Source of the DNA: Minisyncoccota bacterium
Lineage (GTDB): Bacteria > Patescibacteriota > Minisyncoccia > Minisyncoccales > JAGOPM01
Assembly: GCA_041651395.1 (NCBI GenBank)
Contig: JBAZJI010000001.1
Location: 827,920-891,919 of the forward strand
DNA length: 64,000 bases
Reading direction: 5' to 3'
In this document: one piece after another, positions 1-9,878 of the stretch
Numbering within the stretch: the first letter of the stretch is position 1
Layout: each line of letters starts with the position of its first letter
The notes under the pieces: generated by a model
What the model was told of the DNA's origin: nothing
Seen by the model: the letters and a program-made list of their open reading frames with translations, nothing else
Databases searched by the model: none
Made by a program: the position numbers and the translations under genes

Positions 1-1189
1 GCACCTCCCCTGCCTTTTGGCTCAAAACAAAAGCCAGAAAAATAAGTGCCAAAAGGGCTAATAAACCTAATAGCCCGGTGGTAACGGTTAGCTCAGCCAA
101 ATAATTTCCCGCCTCTGGCCAGCGCACCGCATAATACATTTCCTTATTATGCTCAGCGGGACGATATTTCAAAAAGGCATAAGAAAATGTTCCCGGGCCA
201 GAGCCAATGGCAAAATCTTTAGGCCCCGCCATCAAGGAATTTTTGGCTACAGCCAAAGAATAATTTTGCGGCAAGACCATTTCATTGGGCACTTGGCTCT
301 GCAGGGGGCTCGCAATTAACTTGGAAAATTGCGGGATAACAATCAAACCGGATATTAAAATAAATAACAACGGTAGGAATAATTTAGAAAACGACAAATT
401 GCCTTTCTGCCTCCAAGTCGTCCAAAAAATATAAATAAGTAAACAAAGAGCGAAAATAACATAGGTCCAAAAGTAATTAGCCAGCCAGATTATCGGCAAT
501 TGCAGCAGAATAAACACACTCAAAAAATATTTACCGTTTCCGGCAGTCGTTAACTTTTCCGAGAGTTTGAAAATACTTAGGGATAAGATAATAGCCGTAA
601 AGACTGCATAAGGAAAAACTACCCGACCTAAAGGCGAAAAAACATTTAGGGTTTTTAGGGAGGCTTTCATTATCTCCGGCAAAAAGGCCCCTTGCGGCGA
701 ATCGCAAAAACCACTCAAACACAAATAAAATGTTATAAGACAAAAAGTTTGCGAGATTCCCAGAGCCTTAAAAAAATCATTGGCGGAAAACCTTTTTTCT
801 TCGCTACCCCAATTAAAAGAAAAATAAACCAAACAAAAGGCGACGGTAGCTAAAAGCCCGCTGGAAAGTTTTCCGGCTAAGCCAATCATCCATTGGCTAT
901 AAGCCCCCAAGCCACCCAAAAGAGAGGAGATCTTGTCTTGAGAAAAAATAGCCGAAATTGCCAATATCAGGCAATAAAAAATTACCGCCGTATCCAAACT
1001 ACTAAGCGACCAATTTTGTTTTTCTTTATTTTTTTTGAAAATAAAAAGCAAAAAGAGAATCCCCGAGAAAAAAATAACAGCTAAGGTTTTAGGTAAGTCA
1101 AAAGCATCAAAAGATAATGGGGAGAAAACCAAAATAGGCACTATTACTGTCGCAAAAAATAATATCTTATATATATCAAACTTGGGCAT
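1..1189 (-). CDS. polytopic membrane protein, partial (runs off window start); O-antigen-ligase/Wzy-like is tentative
   Basis: My own reverse-strand translation from ATG 1189 is stop-free to position 1 (about 396 codons). It is absent from the ORF track because it leaves the window. It begins MPKFDIYKILFFATVIVPILVFSPLSFDAFDLPK... and has many hydrophobic helices. The family call is from memory only. Confidence 0.7.
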   Translation of the reverse strand, partial: MPKFDIYKILFFATVIVPILVFSPLSFDAFDLPKTLAVIFFSGILFLLFIFKKNKEKQNWSLSSLDTAVIFYCLILAISAIFSQDKISSLLGGLGAYSQWMIGLAGKLSSGLLATVAFCLVYFSFNWGSEEKRFSANDFFKALGISQTFCLITFYLCLSGFCDSPQGAFLPEIMKASLKTLNVFSPLGRVVFPYAVFTAIILSLSIFKLSEKLTTAGNGKYFLSVFILLQLPIIWLANYFWTYVIFALCLLIYIFWTTWRQKGNLSFSKLFLPLLFILISGLIVIPQFSKLIASPLQSQVPNEMVLPQNYSLAVAKNSLMAGPKDFAIGSGPGTFSYAFLKYRPAEHNKEMYYAVRWPEAGNYLAELTVTTGLLGLLALLALIFLAFVLSQKAGEV

Positions 1190-1217
1190 ATTTTATCCTA
1201 AAAATCTTTACAAATTA

Positions 1218-4200
1218 TTATTGGATTGGTGCTTCAACAGGCAAATCCGCTGGCAGAGTCACATTAATCGGATCGGGTGGTAGAACTTCCGGAGCTACAT
1301 CGGGGGGCGTAGGCGAAGCTTCAGTGACCGGTGGAACCTCGGCGGGTGGAGTTTCTATTGGCGCTGAAGAAGTAGCGGGATCGGCAAAGGGCACAACCGA
1401 ATCGGTTGTCGTTGCAGGAGAACCAACGGTAAGAGCATCAACATTAATAGACGATGATGCGGAAGAGGTATTGGCAATATTTTGTTCCGGTGACGGAGGG
1501 ATAATCACGTCCCCTCCCCCCAAAGGCAATACTGCCGCCGCAGTTCCCTGACAAGCGCCTGAAACTTTTTTCCAATCGCCATTTTCAATCCAGAGACAAT
1601 AAGTTTGACCCGTAGCTTTATCAATGGTTTCGAATTCATTAGTAATAACTTTTTGGGCCTTAAGTGCCTTAACCTCTAAAGTTCCATCTTCGCCAACTAT
1701 TAATCCGATGTCGGTTAATTGGTTGCGCAACGAAGAAACTGCCGGATTATTTATTATTTGACCGTCAATATTTGTCTGGATAGATAAATCATTACCGGAC
1801 CATTGCGGATTAATATACACCTCAATCAAACTTTGGCTGGATGTGCCCATATTTTCCAGAGCCATACCTAAAATTCTACCCGCCGAAGTAGCTTTTATAC
1901 CTATTCCTTCATTGATACCAGAGGTAATGTAATCTCCCTTTTTTATCTCCCCATTCTCGGCGCCAACTTTGACTTTCGCCCGGCCAAAAGGAACAATTTT
2001 CCCCCCCATCGCAGCTACACCAAAAATCTCAGTCTGATATGGCCTATTTGTTTTTATAACTTCTCCCGTACTGGTTGAAAAATAAACAATATCCCCCTCA
2101 CTTAGATTACTATTTACGATATCTGACTCAAACTTTTTTATTTGGTCCTGCTGTTCCTGAATAGCGGCAGTCAAAATGGCGTTCATACCCGGATCGACAA
2201 TCCACCTATAACCTTGTTTTTCAATTACAAATTGTGGAATTACATTTTGGAACTCATCAGCATAAAAACCGTAAAAACTGATATCTTTTTGCAATTTTAA
2301 CAAATCTTGTCCGGTTTTATTATATCGGAATTGGATTGGATGCAGGGCTTCTATAATTCCCATCGCCGAATCAGTCAAATTAGCCTCAAAAACCTTTAAG
2401 CGGGAATCTGAAGGGACCGGAACCCAAGGCCCGCCAACACCATTATCCCAATAAGGGGTACCGGAAACATAAATATCCCCATGAAAATAACTCGAACCCC
2501 AAACATCAAGCTGCCCCAAAATATTTGCCGAACCAGCGGTTAATAATCCGGTAATATTGGCTGTACTTGCAGAAATATTTCCCCCAACTAACAAATCACC
2601 CGTTACCCAGCCATCTCCATTAACTTTTAGTTCATAGGTAGTCGCATCCGGATCGCCATAAATACCCACAAAGCCATTTGCGACGCTAACATTAATCGAT
2701 TCGGCTGCTCCGGCCGTCGGCGATAATATTTTGCCCATCGCGTCAGTTGCATCATATAAAATCCTAAAAACATTTGCCCGTGGGGCTCCGGTATTAAAGT
2801 TTAGGGTTGGGCTATAAGTGCCACTAACATAAGCACTAATGGAAAGTGTCGGGTTTTTTGCCGTTTCTAAAATCTCCAAACTGCTAGTGGGCGAAGAGGT
2901 GCCAATGCCCAAACGCTTGCTGGTCGAATCCCAAAATAAAGAACTTTCCCCGGCAAAGTTGGTATCGCTTTTATATTGAATACTGCCGTCTACCCCCGCG
3001 GGCGTACCCGAACCACCGCCCAAGCCAAGAGTTGAGGTTGCTACCCACTTAAATCCCGAACCAGTTGTTTGCAAAACCATTCCATTAGCTCCCGATGTGC
3101 TGAAATTATCGTAAAACGCACCCGTGATGCCTAAGGTTCCGGAAACCGCAAAATTATAACTTGGCGAGGTAGTGCCGATACCAATATTGCCAGCGCTTAA
3201 AATGGAGAAGCGCTCCGAACCCGCCGGCGAGCTTAAAATAGAAAGACGGTTATCGCTTTGCTGCGATATTTGCCAAGTATTAGGCCCGATATAAGTAGTA
3301 CTAACCCATAAAGAATTCCACCGAGTTGTGCTGGCACCCAAATTATAAGTGGAAACATTGCCACTACTTCCGTTCATATCCGGAATAATATTCCAAGCAG
3401 TAGTAGTACCGACAATCTGCAATTTAGTTTCTGGGCTAGAAGTTCCAATACCAACTTTCCCATCAGCATTAGCAACTATGATATCCGCGAACCCGTCCGA
3501 ACCAACACTAAAAATACTGGTTGTTGGTGAAGTGCCAGAGGCCATAATACCCAATGACCCTTGAGAAAATATTCCACCGGGGCCAACCGATAATGATTTG
3601 CCAAGAACCAAATACCCGTCAAAATTTGCGTTCCCGGCCACATCCAAACCGCCAGTCAAAACAGCTCCGGCTTCCAGCTGTTGAAGAAAAGCTCCACCCA
3701 AGTCCAAAGACTTCAAATTTGTTCCATCACCAACAAAGGCATACCTTCCCTGCACCTTCACGCCTACACCACTAGTCAAAGATATTGAACCAGTTTTAAT
3801 AATATTGGATGGATTAGAAATATCATAAACAGAAAAACCAGTGCCCTCGTCAACATAAGCATATCTGCCCTGTACATCTAAAGACCATACATTACCTGCG
3901 CCAGCCTTTGAACCGATAAGATAAGGTGTAGTAGTGGCAATGTCATATATCTGTAATGTTCCTTGGCGCATCAAATAGGCATACCGGCCCTGAATTTTCA
4001 TATCTTCCGAGCCGTTACTCGTGTACGTAAAACCAGTCAAAGCCACTGGAGCTGAAGGATTAGAAATATCATAAATATGCAAAGCATCCCAATCGGTTAT
4101 ATAAAGCCTATCACCCTGAACACTGACATTAGACGCGTTGCTAAGCAATGATCCTGAAATATAAATCTGTTTCGGGCCATATACATTAGAAATATCATAA

Positions 4201-7200
4201 ACCGCGAATCCTTGATAACCCTGATTGGTTGTATACAAATATTTTCCGCCTACCGCCACTCTCGTATTGCTGCCACTTGGCCAAGTCCCTTCATTTACAA
4301 TTAAAACAGGATTGGCAGGATTAGAAATATCCACAATTTGAAAAGAATTGCTCGTGCCGATATAGGCGTATTTCCCTTGCACAACAATTTGACCGCCAGT
4401 AAAAGCATTCGAAGAGGTTACTACTGAAGTCGTAGCCGGGTTAGTAATATCAATGATGGTAAAATTCGTGCCGAGGGCGTATAGATAATTATTTTGAATA
4501 TAAAAATTTACTAAAGTGTCACCAATATCCCTGGATAAAGCAAGTGAAGGATTCCTGTCGCCTACAAAAAGCTGACCGTATCTTAAGGTTGAGGTGCCGA
4601 TACTTAAACTGCCCACGGAATTATCCCAATATAAAACACTGGTAGCGGCAAAAGCGCTGGCACTATTAAACTGAAGTTGCCCGGTATCTCCGGCGGCGGA
4701 GGCCGAACCACCTAAACCCAACGCCGAGGTAGCAATCCAACGGGTAGAGGTAGCTGTTGATTGAAGCAGCATACCAAAAGAACCAGTAGAACTAGCCGCA
4801 TCCAATAAAGCTCCTGATAAAGATAATTTAGTAATTGAGGTTGTAGCCAAGGTTGAGGTGGAGGCAAAAGTATTAGTGCCAGTGAAAGTATTGTTGGCAT
4901 TAAGGAGGGCAAGATTGGAATTGTCACGAAGGTCAGTGTAGCTGAGGCCAAGGGTGGAGGTGGCTTTCCAAGCTCCATCACCAAACAAAAGAGTATTGGC
5001 TGAGGGAGAGCCAGAGCCTAAGTAGGCGGCACCAATGATTGAACCATTCCAAGTGCCTGATTTGATGGTGCCAAGATAGGAATTGTTGGAAACAGTGAGA
5101 TTGGTGGTGGAGGCATTGCCCAAAGAAGTTTGGTCAGTGACATACAGAGCACCACCTATCCATTGGTTGCCAGTGAGGGTAATAGCTGTGCCTGAGGCAG
5201 TGGTGAAGTTGCTCTGCCCTGCCACATTGAGGTTGGAGGTAATGCCAAGGTTGGTGGCCGTGGCATTGGCCATGGTGGTAGTGCCATTGATGGTGGTGGA
5301 GGCAAAAGTATTAGTGCCAGTGAAAGTATTGTTGGCATTAAGGAGGGCAAGATTGGAATTGTCACGAAGGTCAGTGTAGCTCAAACCTAAAGTGGAGGTA
5401 TTAACCCAATGCCCTACCCCAGAACCATCTGAAGCCCAAAGTTGGCCAAGGGTTCCGGCGCTATCAATGAAAAATTGACTTAAATTATTCCCATTAATAA
5501 ATAGAGCGCCTGTTAAATTCAAATTTGTGCCGGTAGCATTAGCTAAAACCGTATTACCAGAAGCGGTGAAGTTGGTAGTAGAGACATTAGTAGCGCCAAT
5601 GATGTTGGTGGGATAAAGATCAGTAGTGGTAACCGAGGCAAAGGCTGGCGAGGTTGTAGGGATAAAATAACCCGAGGTCAATGAAAGGGTTTGGCCAGTG
5701 AGATCAATGCCTAAAATATTTTCAGTGACTGGATCGTGAAGCTGGGCGTGGGTGTGATTAGTAGTGGCATAAGTCGAGGAGCCATAGGAATAAGTTACGA
5801 AAGTCGACGTATTGTAAGCGTAAGTTGAAAAAACACTGGAGGCATAAGTATAGGGCACATACAAAGCTGAGGCATTACCAGTAGTCAAAAAATTAGCCGT
5901 AGAAGTAGCGCGAACTGCTCCGGAAACAGCTTCCAATAAACCGCTATTGGTTGACCAGGTCAAGGCTCCCGAAATTGTAACATTACTAGAGGAAACATTT
6001 CCCAAAGTGCTCTGCCCTGCCACATTGAGGTTGCCAGTTATGCCAAAACTAGTAGCTGTGGCATTGGCCATGGTGGTGGTGCCATTGATGGTGGTGGAGG
6101 CAAGTTGCGTCGGTCCAGTAACATTAAGAATATTTAATAAAGTGGTATTAGTAGCCTCCAAGTCGCTCGTCGTCACGCTTTCAGCCCTTAAATTTCCTTT
6201 GATATATGCATTACCAATAGTCTCAAAAATCGTATTTTGTGAAGACGTGACATTGCCGCCGATTATCACGATATGTGCAACGTTAGCCGGATAAAGTCTC
6301 TTGTTATCTGAAGTAGTTGCCCAACCCCCGCCAACACCGCCACCGCCCGAGACATCGGGGCGACAATTTAGTGTTCCGTCGGGATTAATACCATAAGCAT
6401 AATTATCCATCCCGCAATTAGCTCCAAAGAAACCGACAATGTTAGTGAAATGCGCATTGGTGGAAGTAAGGTTAGAAATAATCACATCACCAAAGGTGCT
6501 CGTTCCATTAAAAGTTGTTGAGGCAAAAATATTGTAACCGGTAAAAATATTATTCCCGGATAAATAAGCCAAACTGCTAGAACCGGAAATATAATCCATA
6601 CTCAAACCCAAGCTGCTCGTCGAAAGCCAGTCTCCCCTGCCCGCACCATCCGAAGACCATAATTGCCCGGATGTTCCGGCAGAATCAATAAAGTATTGGC
6701 TGAGATCAGACCCGGCTATTCTTAAGGCTCCGGAAATATTTATATCCCCAGCCACATCAAGATTATAAGAAGGAGTACTGGTATTAATTCCGACAAATCC
6801 AGAACTACTGGCAAAAAGCGCACTATTGCCCGCGGCAGTCAAAATCGAAACAAGGGCAGTCGTGGACGTTCCTTGGACTGTCAGCTGAGCGTTAGCCGTG
6901 CTCGTGGCAATGGCCACTTTACCCATAATCTCGGCCGCTGTGCCTGCACCATTTTGTGTAATAGTGAAAAGCGTCGCAGCCGTGGAAGAAGAAATAACAA
7001 GTGAATTTTGATGCGTCCAGCTACCGGTTATTGTTTCCCCTTCGGCTAAGGTGGCAAATTGCGTTTCGGTTTTTCCACCAAGCCTCTTGGCTTCAAATGC
7101 CGAAGCAACAGACCCCAAATGTTTGCGTGGAGACATTTCCCCATCCCAAGAAGGTATAGTCGTGGTGCCGCCAACATCAACACTCAAATATAAGTCTTGA

Positions 7201-7571
7201 TTAAATATCGTATCGGATAAAGAATTCACCGACCCTAACATGTGCGAAAATAATCCGCTGCGCACATTTACCCTATTAGTTGTCGTGCATTCTTCGGTCC
7301 ATATTGGCGAACCGCCAGAAGCAGCCGTATAAAGTCGAAAAGTAAAATTATAATCGCCATCTGCCACGGCTATCGAGGTAGAGCTAAAGAGTTTACCCTG
7401 ATAATTAATCTGTTCATTAAAAGCAGCCAAAGCCTCATTGGGCAAGCAAAAAGCAGATAAAAGAAGCAAAGAGAATATGAATAATATGCAAAAACTTACA
7501 GCACAGAAAATGCTTGGGTTTTGCCTTCCCTTAATATTCGGTTGTGCCTTGTAATTGCGGCCGCAACCCAT
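1218..7571 (-). CDS. giant secreted tail-fibre-like surface protein (LVIVD propeller plus peptidase-S74/intramolecular-chaperone motif)
   Basis: The ORF is open to 7700. ATG 7571 (AAGG 10-13 nt upstream) gives a signal peptide ..SLLLLSAFCLPNEALA/AF. The body is Thr/Ser/Asn/Gly-rich fibre repeats. There are 6-7 LVIVD-type repeats (QGRYAYV..FSVYDISNPSN, nt ~3700-4520). SDSRLKVFE.. plus ~90 aa forms an S74 chaperone motif (nt ~2150-2411). The C-terminus is Pro-rich. Confidence 0.9.
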   Translation of the reverse strand: MGCGRNYKAQPNIKGRQNPSIFCAVSFCILFIFSLLLLSAFCLPNEALAAFNEQINYQGKLFSSTSIAVADGDYNFTFRLYTAASGGSPIWTEECTTTNRVNVRSGLFSHMLGSVNSLSDTIFNQDLYLSVDVGGTTTIPSWDGEMSPRKHLGSVASAFEAKRLGGKTETQFATLAEGETITGSWTHQNSLVISSSTAATLFTITQNGAGTAAEIMGKVAIATSTANAQLTVQGTSTTALVSILTAAGNSALFASSSGFVGINTSTPSYNLDVAGDINISGALRIAGSDLSQYFIDSAGTSGQLWSSDGAGRGDWLSTSSLGLSMDYISGSSSLAYLSGNNIFTGYNIFASTTFNGTSTFGDVIISNLTSTNAHFTNIVGFFGANCGMDNYAYGINPDGTLNCRPDVSGGGGVGGGWATTSDNKRLYPANVAHIVIIGGNVTSSQNTIFETIGNAYIKGNLRAESVTTSDLEATNTTLLNILNVTGPTQLASTTINGTTTMANATATSFGITGNLNVAGQSTLGNVSSSNVTISGALTWSTNSGLLEAVSGAVRATSTANFLTTGNASALYVPYTYASSVFSTYAYNTSTFVTYSYGSSTYATTNHTHAQLHDPVTENILGIDLTGQTLSLTSGYFIPTTSPAFASVTTTDLYPTNIIGATNVSTTNFTASGNTVLANATGTNLNLTGALFINGNNLSQFFIDSAGTLGQLWASDGSGVGHWVNTSTLGLSYTDLRDNSNLALLNANNTFTGTNTFASTTINGTTTMANATATNLGITSNLNVAGQSNFTTASGTAITLTGNQWIGGALYVTDQTSLGNASTTNLTVSNNSYLGTIKSGTWNGSIIGAAYLGSGSPSANTLLFGDGAWKATSTLGLSYTDLRDNSNLALLNANNTFTGTNTFASTSTLATTSITKLSLSGALLDAASSTGSFGMLLQSTATSTRWIATSALGLGGSASAAGDTGQLQFNSASAFAATSVLYWDNSVGSLSIGTSTLRYGQLFVGDRNPSLALSRDIGDTLVNFYIQNNYLYALGTNFTIIDITNPATTSVVTSSNAFTGGQIVVQGKYAYIGTSNSFQIVDISNPANPVLIVNEGTWPSGSNTRVAVGGKYLYTTNQGYQGFAVYDISNVYGPKQIYISGSLLSNASNVSVQGDRLYITDWDALHIYDISNPSAPVALTGFTYTSNGSEDMKIQGRYAYLMRQGTLQIYDIATTTPYLIGSKAGAGNVWSLDVQGRYAYVDEGTGFSVYDISNPSNIIKTGSISLTSGVGVKVQGRYAFVGDGTNLKSLDLGGAFLQQLEAGAVLTGGLDVAGNANFDGYLVLGKSLSVGPGGIFSQGSLGIMASGTSPTTSIFSVGSDGFADIIVANADGKVGIGTSSPETKLQIVGTTTAWNIIPDMNGSSGNVSTYNLGASTTRWNSLWVSTTYIGPNTWQISQQSDNRLSILSSPAGSERFSILSAGNIGIGTTSPSYNFAVSGTLGITGAFYDNFSTSGANGMVLQTTGSGFKWVATSTLGLGGGSGTPAGVDGSIQYKSDTNFAGESSLFWDSTSKRLGIGTSSPTSSLEILETAKNPTLSISAYVSGTYSPTLNFNTGAPRANVFRILYDATDAMGKILSPTAGAAESINVSVANGFVGIYGDPDATTYELKVNGDGWVTGDLLVGGNISASTANITGLLTAGSANILGQLDVWGSSYFHGDIYVSGTPYWDNGVGGPWVPVPSDSRLKVFEANLTDSAMGIIEALHPIQFRYNKTGQDLLKLQKDISFYGFYADEFQNVIPQFVIEKQGYRWIVDPGMNAILTAAIQEQQDQIKKFESDIVNSNLSEGDIVYFSTSTGEVIKTNRPYQTEIFGVAAMGGKIVPFGRAKVKVGAENGEIKKGDYITSGINEGIGIKATSAGRILGMALENMGTSSQSLIEVYINPQWSGNDLSIQTNIDGQIINNPAVSSLRNQLTDIGLIVGEDGTLEVKALKAQKVITNEFETIDKATGQTYCLWIENGDWKKVSGACQGTAAAVLPLGGGDVIIPPSPEQNIANTSSASSSINVDALTVGSPATTTDSVVPFADPATSSAPIETPPAEVPPVTEASPTPPDVAPEVLPPDPINVTLPADLPVEAPIQ
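4857..4943. repeat. 87-bp perfect intragenic direct repeat, copy 1
   Basis: The sequence ggtggaggcaaaagtattagtgccagtgaaagtattgttggcattaaggagggcaagattggaattgtcacgaaggtcagtgtagct is identical at 5295-5381 (offset 438 bp = 146 codons). It encodes SYTDLRDNSNLALLNANNTFTGTNTFAST. Confidence 0.9.
5295..5381. repeat. 87-bp perfect intragenic direct repeat, copy 2
   Basis: Identical to 4857-4943. A second, partly diverged repeat pair (gctctgccctgccacattgaggttg...ccattgatggtggtggaggcaa) lies at ~5211-5305 and ~6010-6103. Confidence 0.9.
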
Positions 7572-7733
7572 ATAAATATTTGCCTTAATTATATTGCTTT
7601 TAGCTATCCTAACCAAAGATTTTTTCCACATCTGACAAGGTTTTTTTAATAAAAACCCTCCAACCTCCCTCCTAAAGTTTCTACTGATGGAAAAATGCAT
7701 TATTGGCTCAAAAAAATCCCCTCTAACGGGGGA

Positions 7734-9878
7734 TTATTTGGTAGTAATTATCTTTCCGTGGCTCTCTAAGGATATTTTTTTCTCCAAGCTTATGGAATAA
7801 ACCTTAACGACAAATTCTCCTTCCCGCCCCGGAGGCAAAAATAGTGAACAATGCATAATGTCTTTAATATTGCGGCCAAGGAGCAGAAAAGATTTTCTCC
7901 CACCGAAGAACAATTCCAAAATGACAGATTTGGTATTAACCGGAATATCTTTTTGGCTAGCCATAATCTCTAAAACCATAGAAGCCGAAGCAATCGGTCC
8001 CTTGGCGCTCTCAATATTTTGATCATTTTGAAAAAAAGAAAGATCGGAAAATCTTACCCCTGTCCCGCTATTTTGCAAAGAGGATTCCAAGAGTACCGGA
8101 TAATTTTTGATATAAGGAAGATCGGGGTTAGCGCCGATACTTTCTCCAGCCGACAACAAAGGCTTGGCCCAAGCCAAAGCCCCAGAGGACCATTGCTCCC
8201 CATCATCACAAACAAAGGCCGTATAAAATAACATAGCGGATTCTCGAGGAGTACTATCGATAAATTGCTCCGCCTCCCCGCTGATAGCCGCCTCATAAAC
8301 TAATTCTCCAGACAAAACATCAATGACATGTTCTCCGCGCCCCCTAACAATTTTAATTTTTTTGCCAAATTTAGCCGGAGGATTCTTCCATGTAAGCATA
8401 ATACTACCCACCAAACTAACCGCATTAAATTCCAAAACATTACAAGGCGCCAAAGCAATATTGGTGCCCGGCATTTTCGCGCCCCCACCCTCAATAGAAG
8501 TTCTCTTCATGCTCCGCAAAGCCCTCAATTGCATGGCTCTCCGATACAAAAATGACAAAATAGCCAAAACAATTAGGCTTGGCCAAAAAAGCGGATGATT
8601 AGAAAGATTAATAAGGAAAATCAAAGCTTTTTTCCAAAAATTGTCGGGAACTTTAATCCGTAAAAATCCCGGGTTTAAGACCTCCATCTCGCCTTGGATT
8701 TTTTTGACAATATTATTGTCTTTATCGATAAGAAAAATGGTAACCTTATAGGCGCCACGCTTATCTAGGGGCACCATTAAATCTGAACGTAATTTCCCTT
8801 GCGTATCTTTTTGCAATAAAAAAGTAAAACGCTTGTCATCCTTCTCAAACATCACCAAAACTGATTTGACGAAATCGGGGATTTGGGTCGAATCAATCTC
8901 TATCTCCAAACGATCTCCGGCTTTAATGTTGGAAATTTTTCCGGAGTTCAGATTGTCTTTCCCCTGCAAAAAGTCAAAATTCAAAAAATCCAAATCTTTT
9001 AACTTCTGCTCCTGCTCCTTTGTATATTTCGTTTCGCCGTCCAAAAACTTTGTCGAAGTGGCGCTTCCCGGGGACATTCCTCCCCCGCTTGAGCCGGGTC
9101 CCGCCGCGCCTTCAGAAGGAACTTCTGGCGTAGGAACTATCGGTTCAACCGGCTTTTCCTCGGGAGCGGCCAAAGGGATATCGTCGCCAACAGCCCCCGA
9201 AGAATTGGCATTAGTGGCATTAAAAGAAAAAGCCGTATAATAATATCTTTTACCGGCAGCTAAATTACTATCAGTATAAGAAAGCTCTAGTCCGTCCGAA
9301 TCAAAAATCAAAGACCCTTCGCTGGGATTTTGTGGATAAAAAGTACCGGATCGATAAATTTTTACCCTGACAATACTTGGATCTTGCGGCATCTGCCAAC
9401 TAATCGAAATTTTGTCTATGCCCGGAGCAGTAATAAGCCCAATAACATTTAAGGGTAGAATCGGCGGGGGTATCTCTAAAGTCGAAAAAGAGTAATCCGG
9501 GGAGGTTATAGCTTGGATATAAGAATCGGTGCAGCTTATTTGGAAGTGGTAGGTTTTGGAAGACGTTAAACCCGTCAAAGAAAGTGTATGCGAGCTCAGA
9601 GGCCCCGCTTCACTTACTACCCCTAATTCATAATTGGTTGTAGTGCCGTAAGAAATATAACAATTTGCAGAATTGCTAGTTTGCCAAGTTAAATCCGCCT
9701 TAGTGGTAGAAGCTGTAATAACAACATTGGAAATTGTCAGTACTGGCTTGGGTTCGATTGGGCCTGCCTCAGGAGGCGCAGTTACGGTTTGCGTAACGGT
9801 AAAAGAACTTGTCGCTGCCAAGGCGAAAAATGGAAATAGCAATAAAACAAAAATAATTTTAGGAAACGATTTTTTCAT
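7734..9878 (-). CDS. secreted/membrane protein with three FN3-like domains and a central TM segment
   Basis: 714 aa with signal peptide MKKSFPKIIFVLLLFPFFALAATSS. FN3-like blocks are present (..ADLTWQTSNSANCYISYGTTTNYE.., ..ISISWQMPQDPSIVRVKIYRS.., ..IMLTWKNPP..KIKIVRG..). A hydrophobic stretch WPSLIVLAILSFLY is present. The start overlaps the upstream stop. Confidence 0.85.
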   Translation of the reverse strand: MKKSFPKIIFVLLLFPFFALAATSSFTVTQTVTAPPEAGPIEPKPVLTISNVVITASTTKADLTWQTSNSANCYISYGTTTNYELGVVSEAGPLSSHTLSLTGLTSSKTYHFQISCTDSYIQAITSPDYSFSTLEIPPPILPLNVIGLITAPGIDKISISWQMPQDPSIVRVKIYRSGTFYPQNPSEGSLIFDSDGLELSYTDSNLAAGKRYYYTAFSFNATNANSSGAVGDDIPLAAPEEKPVEPIVPTPEVPSEGAAGPGSSGGGMSPGSATSTKFLDGETKYTKEQEQKLKDLDFLNFDFLQGKDNLNSGKISNIKAGDRLEIEIDSTQIPDFVKSVLVMFEKDDKRFTFLLQKDTQGKLRSDLMVPLDKRGAYKVTIFLIDKDNNIVKKIQGEMEVLNPGFLRIKVPDNFWKKALIFLINLSNHPLFWPSLIVLAILSFLYRRAMQLRALRSMKRTSIEGGGAKMPGTNIALAPCNVLEFNAVSLVGSIMLTWKNPPAKFGKKIKIVRGRGEHVIDVLSGELVYEAAISGEAEQFIDSTPRESAMLFYTAFVCDDGEQWSSGALAWAKPLLSAGESIGANPDLPYIKNYPVLLESSLQNSGTGVRFSDLSFFQNDQNIESAKGPIASASMVLEIMASQKDIPVNTKSVILELFFGGRKSFLLLGRNIKDIMHCSLFLPPGREGEFVVKVYSISLEKKISLESHGKIITTK

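Noticed and set aside
531-1283. Short ORFs 531-743(-), 893-1084(+) and 1035-1283(+)
   Set aside because: They are nested in or antisense to the long stop-free minus-strand membrane-protein frame (1-1189) that the track omits because it leaves the window.
4857-6103. Intragenic repeats as a diversity-generating retroelement (TR/VR pair)
   Set aside because: No reverse transcriptase is present in the window. The main pair is 100 percent identical, with no adenine-specific mismatches.
3349-6294. Several 70-115-aa ORFs on both strands inside the giant gene (for example 4712-4984, 5083-5379, 5947-6294)
   Set aside because: They are low-complexity Leu/Pro/Val-rich products generated by the repetitive Thr/Ser/Asn/Gly codons of the 6.4-kb ORF. 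None has a start signal.
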